Program-made: the position numbers and the translations under genes
Origin: a virus
Lineage: Duplodnaviria > Caudoviricetes
Length of the DNA: 64,000 nucleotides
IMG/VR virus record: IMGVR_UViG_2700989045_000001
Span: 2,317 to 66,316 of that record
Reading direction: 5' to 3' (one strand)
In this document: positions 46,792 to 54,844 of the stretch, piece after piece
Layout of the letters: each line of letters starts with the position of its first letter
How positions within the stretch are numbered: position 1 is the stretch's first letter
Notes under the pieces: generated by a model
Seen by the model: only the letters and a program-made list of their open reading frames with translations
What the model was told of the DNA's origin: nothing
The model's database searches: none

Positions 46792-48516
46792 TTAAAGTGT
46801 AGAGCGTAACTTAGCAATACGTGCTAGGAGCCCTTGAGTCCCATTAGGGGCCACATTTACACCATAGGCACCATGTAGGTCTCTTGACATTGCTGAATAG
46901 TGCTGAGCACCATTACAAGTCCCATCCATAGGGATTGGGATGTCGATAACTGCATCCATACCATTATCGTAGTATTTCTGCATCTGTTCACAGGCCGCAA
47001 TGAATAACCACGGGTCGTCTGTGTTCTTCCAGTCTTCCACGGTGTCCACAGGGTCCTTCGCAATGCTCTTAATGAACTCTGTGTTCTCTTCAGTCCACTT
47101 AATGCGGTCATTCCAAGACTCTTTATCTTTACCAAAGCAGTTGGCTGTGTGGACCTTAAGCCACTCTAGGGCTCTTTCAGGGTCTTTACTGGTACTCAAG
47201 GCTTTCCCTTCAGCAAACTTTAGTAAAGCTTTTTGTAGACAAACACCTTGCGTAGTCAATCCGGCACTTAATGGATAAACACGCATACGCCAATCTAGAT
47301 TATCAGGTATATAAATACGAGAATAATCACAGTAATCATTTGCTACCTCTAAAGCTGTTTTGATAACTCGGTTCTTAGATTTAACACTGGTGAGCTGTTT
47401 GCGCCAGTTAACATATTGAACCATTTTAAAGCGAGCCTCATCTAGCTCTACTTTAAGTTTATATTCCTTACTTGATATGCCAATCTTAGCCAGCATAGCA
47501 CGCACCCATGCACCAAACTTCTTACCGTGAATATCTCGGTTTTCCGGTGTTATCCCTAAGGCTTCACTGTTCTTATCAATGATAACTCTTAGGTCACTTG
47601 TACGTTCCTTGTGGGGACGTTGGGGAATATCGAGGAACCACTTATCAAAGAAGAGTTCATCATCAAACACTAGTTCATTAGCTGTGTCTAATACAAACTT
47701 ATTAACTTTGAATGGTGTGGCTTGAATCTTGTTCACCGCTTCATACACTCTAGGGATGGCGGCGGGGCCATGAGTTTTGTTAGTAGCCTTAGGCATGTTT
47801 CGGATAAAAGGTTGCTGCATATCTGCATCCCAGTATCCACCAGTATTAAGTCCAGTCCACGGACGAGGAGGAACAACCATAGGACGGAACACAGTAGCCA
47901 GCTCGGCCATGAGGTCTTCCTGCTCCTCTTCCCACTCATAGAACTTCTCAGTGGCTTCTATGACGTGTATTGTTTTATTGCCTTGTTGCCTCTTAGTGAT
48001 TCTAAAAGATGCATCACTTACCTCACACATCAAAGAGATTAGTTTGTAACCCACTCGGTACGCTTGGGGAACCGATAGCCCCTTTTCAATGTTCTCACAT
48101 AGCCTTACACACAGCGCTGCTAATTCCTTGCGGTCCGTTGTTTCCGCAATGATACATGTACGCATGGTCTGTAAAGCTAATTGAAATGGGTCATGACGTT
48201 TGAATACCTCTACAGCTATATGAGGTTTTTTTGCTGTGTAGCCATCAGCAAATTCCTGTATAGTACGGGAAAAAGGCTTCAATAAGGTCTTAATACGTTT
48301 CAAGGTAGTAGATGCTTCCATCCATTTCCCTGCCTCTTTTAGACCATCTTGACGCTCTTTGAATCGCTCAGTACCTAAGGCTTGCATATTACTTTCTATT
48401 TCAACGTTGGCCTTGATTAATTCAATATCACTAACATTAACATCCGTTAGTATATTAATCTGCTCCACGTTTAAGCCTTGTTTTATATATTTAGCTACTT
48501 CTAAGTATTGTAACAT
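46792..48516 (-). CDS. T7-type RNA polymerase, N-terminal part
   Basis: PMVVPPRPW...GGY, N.DWRMRVY, PMDGTCNGAQHYSAM.RD (motif A); ATG 48516 follows AGGAG. Confidence 0.93.
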   Translation of the reverse strand: MLQYLEVAKYIKQGLNVEQINILTDVNVSDIELIKANVEIESNMQALGTERFKERQDGLKEAGKWMEASTTLKRIKTLLKPFSRTIQEFADGYTAKKPHIAVEVFKRHDPFQLALQTMRTCIIAETTDRKELAALCVRLCENIEKGLSVPQAYRVGYKLISLMCEVSDASFRITKRQQGNKTIHVIEATEKFYEWEEEQEDLMAELATVFRPMVVPPRPWTGLNTGGYWDADMQQPFIRNMPKATNKTHGPAAIPRVYEAVNKIQATPFKVNKFVLDTANELVFDDELFFDKWFLDIPQRPHKERTSDLRVIIDKNSEALGITPENRDIHGKKFGAWVRAMLAKIGISSKEYKLKVELDEARFKMVQYVNWRKQLTSVKSKNRVIKTALEVANDYCDYSRIYIPDNLDWRMRVYPLSAGLTTQGVCLQKALLKFAEGKALSTSKDPERALEWLKVHTANCFGKDKESWNDRIKWTEENTEFIKSIAKDPVDTVEDWKNTDDPWLFIAACEQMQKYYDNGMDAVIDIPIPMDGTCNGAQHYSAMSRDLHGAYGVNVAPNGTQGLLARIAKLRSTL

Positions 48517-48529
48517 TCTTATTACTCCT

Positions 48530-48550
48530 AAATCCGACACTGTCTGATTT
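48530..48550. repeat. 21-bp dispersed palindrome copy 16
   Basis: AAATCCGACACTGTCTGATTT abutting the RNAP RBS. Confidence 0.95.
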
Positions 48551-48796
48551 GAACTTTGTTAGGTTGTTTAATCAAAGGCACTAATATAACTAATGCCTTT
48601 TGTTAAATAACTTACTTCACTAGATATGGTCTAAGTGCGTCGATTATGGTGTGAACTGCTGCGATATTATCATAACCGTACTTAACCATAAGCATAAAAC
48701 CAAGGATTATTAATAGGATTATAGACATGAAACTACATGCCTTTAATAGGTTCTTAATCATATTATATACTCTATATATTAACTAAAGATAAGTAA

Positions 48797-48834
48797 TAAT
48801 AGATACTAATAGATACTAATAGATACTAATAGAT
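48797..48834. repeat. 10-bp tandem repeat in AT-rich tract
   Basis: (TAATAGATAC)x3 plus a partial copy. Confidence 0.85.
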
Positions 48835-48848
48835 TCTTTTAGCTCTTT

Positions 48849-48865
48849 CTATTAGGTGTACCTTT
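48849..48865 (-). promoter_or_regulatory. phage RNAP promoter (variant)
   Basis: AAAGGTACACCTAATAG. Confidence 0.65.
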
Positions 48866-48952
48866 ATATTTTAATTGGCTTCCTTACTGTGCTTTTCTAG
48901 TCGCCAGCGGTAGAAACAAATGATAAACATGATAATCAATAGTGTAATTCCC

Positions 48953-48973
48953 ATATCCGACAGTGTCCGATTT
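48953..48973. repeat. 21-bp dispersed palindrome copy 17 (variant)
   Basis: ATATCCGACAGTGTCCGATTT. Confidence 0.88.
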
Positions 48974-49075
48974 GTAATGTTTAAAGTCTCTGTATGGCTC
49001 TCTAAGCCACTTTAAGTTGAACTGGTACGAATGCCCGTCTAAACCTAAACGGGCACCTTAGGGGCTCACAGGGAG

Positions 49076-49345
49076 CTAATCAAAGCTATATTTGAGTATG
49101 ATAGCTAGGTCTTCAGCTTCTTGTGATGAATCACAGTCTTTATGCTCTGTTCCGTTGGGTTCCCTCACGCCCCACTTGAGAGCCGTTGGAGTACCATAGG
49201 CAAATACAACATAAGGGAATGTGGCACCTGCTGAATGTCCACGGATACCACCGTTAGATGCTAGGTGCCCACGGGTAGCTAAAACGCCTAGGCTTTGGCT
49301 GTGAGCGTCTAGTGCGTGAATGATGTTAGGTGATTGGGTTCTCAT
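49076..49345 (-). CDS. hypothetical early protein
   Basis: RBS GAGG, ATGA overlap with the upstream ORF. Confidence 0.6.
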   Translation of the reverse strand: MRTQSPNIIHALDAHSQSLGVLATRGHLASNGGIRGHSAGATFPYVVFAYGTPTALKWGVREPNGTEHKDCDSSQEAEDLAIILKYSFD

Positions 49346-49527
49346 GGTCTTGCCTCTCTTTGAAAGATTGCGGATAGTGCCGCATTGAAATCAGTGTAAC
49401 CAAGGGGCTCAAGGTGTAAACCGTTGGCCTCTCTGAATTCTTTGAGCTTAACGAATAGCTCAGGATTGTTATGTGTGCGAGCATAATCACACATAGCTTT
49501 ATATTGATGCCTTGCTGTGCATATCAT
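49342..49527 (-). CDS. hypothetical early protein
   Basis: RBS GAGG. Confidence 0.6.
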   Translation of the reverse strand: MICTARHQYKAMCDYARTHNNPELFVKLKEFREANGLHLEPLGYTDFNAALSAIFQREARP

Positions 49528-49584
49528 AGTGACCTCACAATATGTTAGATTTATTATAGGGCTCTCAATGAAAGCCCTAGGGAT

Positions 49585-49605
49585 AAATCGGACAGTGTCG
49601 GATTT
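49585..49605. repeat. 21-bp dispersed palindrome copy 18
   Basis: AAATCGGACAGTGTCGGATTT, 3 nt past the stop of the ParB-like gene. Confidence 0.95.
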
Positions 49606-49608
49606 GTA

Positions 49609-50757
49609 TTATTTAAACATTGTATTTGCTGCTGCTAGGGCATCTTTAAGAATCTCTAAGGCTTCATTCTCGCCAAACTTATCAGAATGAACACGTTTCA
49701 ACTGTTTGTTGTATGCGCGTTTAATGGCTGCTTTAGGATTCTTAAGCCCTTGCAATGCGGCTAGGTCCAGCTCTAACACATCCCACCAATCACGCCCACG
49801 CCATGAGCTTGCTATGGCTCCCATAGGGTTCTCGTTCGATTCCTCATCAGTATCAAACGGGGCGCTGTCATCTTCTTGAGGTTCCTCATTAGGTTGCGCA
49901 TCTTCCTGTTGTGGTTCCCCTTGGTAGCCACAAGAATCCATGAGTAAGCGTAACAGCTTATTCTTAAGGTCCGTATTAGTAAGAGCTAACACTTGAGCAA
50001 ATGTAAGGTCTAACGGGTTGTTTTCACCTGCATTAGTTGATTGCTCTTGATTAGTGCCTTGCTCGCCTTGGCCTTCGTTAGCTCCCTGCTTAGCCTTGAT
50101 ATCTTGCCATTCAGCGAACCATTCTTTGATAGTCTTTTCAGACTTGAATGCGAACTCTGCTACTTCCTGAAGCGTTGCACCTTGCTCAAACATAGCAAAG
50201 GCTTCAGCTTTAGTTTTCTTATCAATGGCCGCTGTAGCCCGTTCCACTGTTTTAGCTGAACATCCAAGAAGTGCTGCTATTTCTTGTTTGCGGCCATGAG
50301 CTCGCCAGTAACCACCATCCAGTAAATAGAGTTGTTTAATTGCGTTCTGGTAATCGTTGCCCTTGAAGTTAACACCATTGCGGCGGTTGGCTGTCATTGA
50401 GTAGTAGATAGCATCTTTCAATGTACCTTTGACAATGTCAGCGTGAAACGTGCCTAATTTCGCAATGAGAGCGGCGCTAGTGCGTTGGAAGCCATCAACC
50501 AATACTCGGGCACCCGCTTCAATCACGGAGCCGTCAGGCATTGATACAGGCTCTGTGAGCTCTACTAGCTCAATGGCTGGAAAGTTATTTGCCTGCCCTG
50601 CTAGCATGGCCTCCGCATAGTTCTCAATGGCTTGCTTATCGACACTTGCACGTTGCTGTGTACCTGCATCAATAACGATTGTTGATAGATTGACTTGCTC
50701 ACGGATTGCACCGACGAACATTGATTGGATATCTTCTACGTTAATTAGTTGTGACAT
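49609..50757 (-). CDS. ParB/Srx-like N-domain + two HTH + acidic linker + DnaJ-like C-domain protein
   Basis: Q.R...D...I.NYAE.M, LVDGFQR..A, AN..NG (ParB/StrR-like); QEIAALLGCSAKTV and LQEVAEFAFKSEKTI HTHs; WWDVL.L...IKRAY......HSDK J-like domain. Confidence 0.8.
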   Translation of the reverse strand: MSQLINVEDIQSMFVGAIREQVNLSTIVIDAGTQQRASVDKQAIENYAEAMLAGQANNFPAIELVELTEPVSMPDGSVIEAGARVLVDGFQRTSAALIAKLGTFHADIVKGTLKDAIYYSMTANRRNGVNFKGNDYQNAIKQLYLLDGGYWRAHGRKQEIAALLGCSAKTVERATAAIDKKTKAEAFAMFEQGATLQEVAEFAFKSEKTIKEWFAEWQDIKAKQGANEGQGEQGTNQEQSTNAGENNPLDLTFAQVLALTNTDLKNKLLRLLMDSCGYQGEPQQEDAQPNEEPQEDDSAPFDTDEESNENPMGAIASSWRGRDWWDVLELDLAALQGLKNPKAAIKRAYNKQLKRVHSDKFGENEALEILKDALAAANTMFK

Positions 50758-50834
50758 GATTGTTACCTCGTTGTTACTGGTTGGTTGTTAGTGGGTTTAT
50801 TATTGGGCTCCACTGAGGAACCCAAGGGATAAAA

Positions 50835-51242
50835 CTACTCACAGATATAATAGTCACCTAAGAAATATGTATAGACCTCATTCTTACGTGCTAATGCTTG
50901 GTTGACTTGGGTTAATGTACCTAAGTCTATTGATTCCGTAGGGCTCTCAAGGCTTGCGCTGTTATCACTTGATTTAACCACTAGAACACAGTCTTGAGCG
51001 AACACAGTGCAAGCGTAGGTGATTAATGCTAGTACGTCGTCCTCATCTGCACAGTGTACAACGTGACTCACTTCTTGAGTGTGGTGAGTATGGTTGGCTT
51101 CCTTAAAGGCTCCCACGGCATCCCAGTGTGGTAGCTTACATTCATCTAGGAAGATGCGAACTCGTTTGCTTGCTTCGATGTTAGTGATTAGGTCGTTACC
51201 TGCTCGCCATGCGCTAAACACTACGGTGTATTGATTTTGCAT
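50835..51242 (-). CDS. S-adenosylmethionine lyase (T3 SAMase-like)
   Basis: FSAWR, GAFKEA, QEVS..V.C, AC..FAQDCVLV align with T3 SAMase motifs (SAFR, GCYREA, AC..WEQDCVLV); first early gene. Confidence 0.85.
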   Translation of the reverse strand: MQNQYTVVFSAWRAGNDLITNIEASKRVRIFLDECKLPHWDAVGAFKEANHTHHTQEVSHVVHCADEDDVLALITYACTVFAQDCVLVVKSSDNSASLESPTESIDLGTLTQVNQALARKNEVYTYFLGDYYICE

Positions 51243-52216
51243 AGTTGTTACTCTTAGTTGGTTGTCTTATTAAATACCCTAGTTATAAGGCACTTAATGA
51301 GATGCAGTATTCCAGTTTATTACACTGTCGTCGCCCTGCATTGGCTAACTCATTTTACCCGTGGCTCTTAACCTATACACTATGGGATGGCATTCTTACC
51401 ATTTAGTGATACCGACAAGGCCCGTTGGTCTGTTCCGTGTCGATGGATGTATAATAGGGTATCCCAAGATATAAAACTTTGATGTAGGTCAAACTTTTAA
51501 TCATTGTGTATAAATAGTTTGTTGATATTAATTCTCATCTAAATCAGACACCTGTCGTATATGTAGTGATGTTCCTTAGTAATGAACGCACACACGCGAT
51601 AGCACACCTAACAACATACATCAAGATATTTCGTGTTAATAGAATGTAAAACATGTTGCAATATATAGTGAAATCGACGAGGTTGAACGATAGCGATAGT
51701 GCCAATGCATTGGTATGGATAAGGCTTAAAACTCGTTAGGGAGCGTTTGAGGAGCATTTGGAGCACCTGTGTTTATGTACACTATCAACCGAACCTTAGT
51801 TACTCATTATTGTTAATCCTTATTAATATCCTGTTAACAAGTCTAATAGAATCCTAACAAATCCTATAGTATCCCTGTGTGCTTCTTAAATGTTACAAGT
51901 GTGTTACTAGTGTGTTACCCATAGTGGATTAATGTGTGTGTAAATAATGGGTTACGGTGTGTAAAGGTGAGTTTACAGGGAGGGAGCTTTAGGGAGCTTT
52001 AGGATACATAGGGGAACCCGAGGGAGCTATTGCCCTCTCATCACATGAGCTGTTAGACCTATATTAATAATAGGTAAAGCCCTCTATCGAGGACCTATAA
52101 CACCATGCCCAAGGATTCCCCAAGGTTTCCAATAGGTTACCGCAGGATTCCCCAAGGTTTCCAATGAGTTACCCATGATTACCCCAAGATTACCGTGTGA
52201 TTTACAGTGTAAATTC

Positions 52217-52237
52217 AAATCAGACACTGTCGGATTT
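52217..52237. repeat. 21-bp dispersed palindrome copy 19
   Basis: AAATCAGACACTGTCGGATTT. Confidence 0.95.
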
Positions 52238-52411
52238 CTCCACGGGTATTAATTTAGGTTTATTTAGGTTTATTTATAAGTATTTATGGGAACTCGAAGG
52301 GACACCCCACCCCTGTATTTGCAGGAGCTACTGGCTCACAGAGAAAATATGAAAAATAGGTGTTTACTAAACATATCAACCACTTATAACACCCCTCCCA
52401 TCGGTCCCTAG

Positions 52412-52490
52412 GGTTCCTAAATGGTTCCTAAATGGTTCCTAAATGGTTCCCACGGGCTTCCCACAGGCTTCCCACAGGTTCCCACAGGCC
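52412..52490. repeat. 11-bp tandem repeats
   Basis: (GGTTCCTAAAT)x3 grading into (CTTCCCACAGG)-like units. Confidence 0.85.
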
Positions 52491-52546
52491 CTCCCACACG
52501 TGTACCGAATTCTTTACACCTCTCTATCTCACTGAATTATGGGTAG

Positions 52547-52590
52547 TTTAACATATTTGTAACATAAAAATATAAAGGTACACCTTATAG
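52547..52590 (+). promoter_or_regulatory. late phage promoter, 44-bp repeat copy 1
   Basis: TTTAACATATTTGTAACATAAAAATATAAAGGTACACCTTATAG. Confidence 0.8.
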
Positions 52591-52800
52591 GGGAAAGAAA
52601 AAGGAACCTATAGGTATACTATTAGGGATACTATTAGGAAGAATATAAGGATAATAAAGAATAAGTAATAATAGATTCTTTATAGTAGTACTTACTTATC
52701 GGTTCTCAGGGTCTCCCAACCGCTCCTTAGGCTCCTGATGTTCCTTGGTGAACCCATCGGTGCCCTCGGCTCCGAACCGCTCCTTAGGCTCCAACAGGAA

Positions 52801-52844
52801 TTTAACATATTTGTAACATAAAAATATAAAGGTACACCTTATAG
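52801..52844 (+). promoter_or_regulatory. late phage promoter, 44-bp repeat copy 2
   Basis: Identical 44-mer. Confidence 0.8.
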
Positions 52845-52878
52845 AGAAGGACAGTGCCTGTGTGCTTTATGTTATAGA

Positions 52879-52922
52879 TTTAACATATTTGTAACATAAA
52901 AATATAAAGGTACACCTTATAG
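52879..52922 (+). promoter_or_regulatory. late phage promoter, 44-bp repeat copy 3
   Basis: Identical 44-mer, upstream of terS. Confidence 0.8.
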
Positions 52923-52960
52923 AGAAGGAAGGCGTTTGACCTTCAAATGGAGGAAAAACT

Positions 52961-53344
52961 ATGGAAATCTCAGTACAACATGAATTATTTATCGAAGCCT
53001 ACTTGGAAACTGCGAGTGTTAATGATGCCGCAAAAGCCGCAGGTTTCGACCGCTCTTATGGTCCTAAATTGTTCCATAAGTTAAAAGACCGCATTGTTCC
53101 CATGATGGAAGACCGCATGGCGATGATGCAGATGAAAGCCATTAATGTGATGGAAGATTCAATGGGTGATGGTGCGTTGAAACCTAAACAGGACATACGC
53201 ATACGAGCTGCCCAAGACATCATGGACCGTGGCGGTCTTACTAAGAAACAATCAATTGATGTATCTGGTAGTGTGCTACCTGCTGTAATGATTCTTCCAG
53301 CGAAGAATCCTACGGCTCCCACAAGGGAACCTACGGAAGATTAA
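52961..53344 (+). CDS. terS: terminase small subunit
   Basis: FIEAYL......AAKAAGF HTH, RAAQDIMDRGG, MILPAK tail. Confidence 0.75.
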   Translation: MEISVQHELFIEAYLETASVNDAAKAAGFDRSYGPKLFHKLKDRIVPMMEDRMAMMQMKAINVMEDSMGDGALKPKQDIRIRAAQDIMDRGGLTKKQSIDVSGSVLPAVMILPAKNPTAPTREPTED

Positions 53345-53540
53345 GTAGGTGCTGGTGGATGCACCTGAGGCTGTAGCAGTGCCTACAAATGCCTCACCCT
53401 TTCTAGAGGGAATCCACGTTAATAAATGATTTGCTTGCTATGTTCGGAAGTCTTGTGTCGACTTCTAAATAAATTCACACTCTGCTCTGCTATGTTGCTC
53501 CTAGGAAGACGGCTCTCCTTATAAACCGTACACTCATTCT

Positions 53541-53617
53541 GGATAAGAAGCATAAGTGGTATATGCGCTCGCCTGTTAAGCGAAAGATAGAGAGTTCGAA
53601 CCTCTCCTTGTCCGCCA
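53541..53617 (+). tRNA. tRNA-Asn(GTT)
   Basis: Cloverleaf, anticodon loop CTGTTAA, TTCGAA T loop, encoded CCA. Confidence 0.9.
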
Positions 53618-53622
53618 GTTTT

Positions 53623-53712
53623 AGAGAAGTGCCCGAGTGGTTTAAAGGGCCTCCCTGCTAAGGAGGTGGGCGTTAATCCGCTCCGTGGGTTCAAATCCCA
53701 CTTTCTCTGCCA
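53623..53712 (+). tRNA. tRNA-Ser(GCT)
   Basis: CCTCC-CTGCTAA-GGAGG arm, long variable arm, GCCA end. Confidence 0.93.
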
Positions 53713-54232
53713 GTTTCATGAAGTATCAAGTAGGCATTCCACTAGCGTTATGGTGGATACAAGAACGCCTGTCGTAAAAGCCGAAACTAACGCTCTAATT
53801 TATTGAATAAGTCCTCCTTTGGTTTTCTTGGTTTCACCATTGGAGGCACCTATTAACTCACACACCATAGGTAAAGAGGTGTGTGTAGTTCAATCCGGGT
53901 GCGAATAGATGATAGGTACACTCCTACTCTTATAAGCCTAGAGTTCCTTCGGGGCAAATGGCGAATGCAATAGGGTACTCCCCGGGACCGCCTGAACAAG
54001 CGGAATATAAATTTGGGTCAACTCCTGAGCAACGAGGATAAAAGGCTCACTTAATTCAATGATATGATAATTAATAGGCGATAGTGACCCACAAGCCCTT
54101 CTCATGCCGAGGAACTACGGGAAATCGACAGTGCGATAGAGTCACACATATCATTAATCCTTGGAAGTAGCTGGTTAAACTTCTCAAACTGTTAGCGTTT
54201 TGTGGTATCGCTTGGATAAACCACGTTAATTT
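53713..54232 (+). ncRNA. putative structured RNAs between tRNAs
   Basis: ORF-free 520 nt with closing helices and H-type pseudoknot patterns. Confidence 0.4.
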
Positions 54233-54318
54233 GGGTCGGTAGTCCCTTAAAGAGAGGAGGCGGTCTGTAAAACCGTTGGCTCATGTCCTGCTAGGAGCGT
54301 TACCTAGACGGCCCACCA
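54233..54318 (+). tRNA. tRNA-Tyr(GTA), non-canonical T loop
   Basis: GCGGT-CTGTAAA-ACCGT arm, CTAGG-AGCGTTA-CCTAG T arm, ACCA end. Confidence 0.75.
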
Positions 54319-54324
54319 AATTAC

Positions 54325-54401
54325 CGGGATGTAATGTCAATTGGTAGACGGCTCGCTTTGGAAGCGAGAGGTTGAAGGTTCGAGTCCTTCCATCCCGACC
54401 A
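54325..54401 (+). tRNA. tRNA-Pro(TGG)
   Basis: CGGGATG/CATCCCG stem, CTCGC-TTTGGAA-GCGAG arm, ACCA end. Confidence 0.93.
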
Positions 54402-54424
54402 AATCCACCTCATTGGAGGTTACT

Positions 54425-54799
54425 GTGAAGATAATTTCTACTATCTTATTATCATTAGCTCTATTAACAGGTTGCAGTGCCATGCAGATGGCTACAGGTA
54501 TAGCAAGCACCTTGAGCGGAGAACAACCTAGTTTATCAGTGGACGCCCAGATGGGTGATAGAGTGGCTAATGTTGGCGAGAACGATAACTCAACAATAAA
54601 TGCCGAAGATAACGAAGGTATCCTCACAGTAACTTCTAATAAATCCGAGAAGCAATTCAACGGTGCCCAACAGATAACCATACAGGAATCTAATAGTTTC
54701 GTGGAAATGTTACTATATTCCATTGGTTTGATTGGTTGGTTGCTACCTAATCCTTCTCAGATGTATTCAGAAGTTAAATCGTGGTTCTCCAAATCTTAG
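54425..54799 (+). CDS. unimolecular spanin-like lipoprotein
   Basis: GTG start after GGAGG, lipobox LTGC-S, C-terminal TM MLLYSIGLIGWLLP. Confidence 0.7.
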   Translation: MKIISTILLSLALLTGCSAMQMATGIASTLSGEQPSLSVDAQMGDRVANVGENDNSTINAEDNEGILTVTSNKSEKQFNGAQQITIQESNSFVEMLLYSIGLIGWLLPNPSQMYSEVKSWFSKS

Positions 54800-54805
54800 T
54801 TGCCC

Positions 54806-54826
54806 AAATCCGACACTGTCTGATTT
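54806..54826. repeat. 21-bp dispersed palindrome copy 20
   Basis: AAATCCGACACTGTCTGATTT just upstream of the terL RBS. Confidence 0.95.
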
Positions 54827-54844
54827 GAACGAAAGGAGTGTCTT

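Larger units (their letters stand above)
51243..52960. other. divergent non-coding control region, probable genome terminus/terminal repeat
   Basis: 1.7 kb without ORFs between divergent early and late blocks, rich in short tandem repeats. Confidence 0.6.

Noticed and set aside
49609-50757. ParB as evidence of a plasmid-like temperate lifestyle
   Set aside because: No parA, repressor, integrase or Rep is seen in the window and the gene content is that of a lytic T7-like replicon; the unseen part of the genome appears to lie in the structural block.
54122-54138. AAATCGACAGTGCGAT as another palindrome copy
   Set aside because: Needs several deletions to fit the consensus; likely chance.
53419-54723. 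ORFs 53419..53694 and 54337..54723 (minus) and the 5' part of 54341..54799
   Set aside because: They overlap tRNA genes or are antisense to the spanin; shadow frames.
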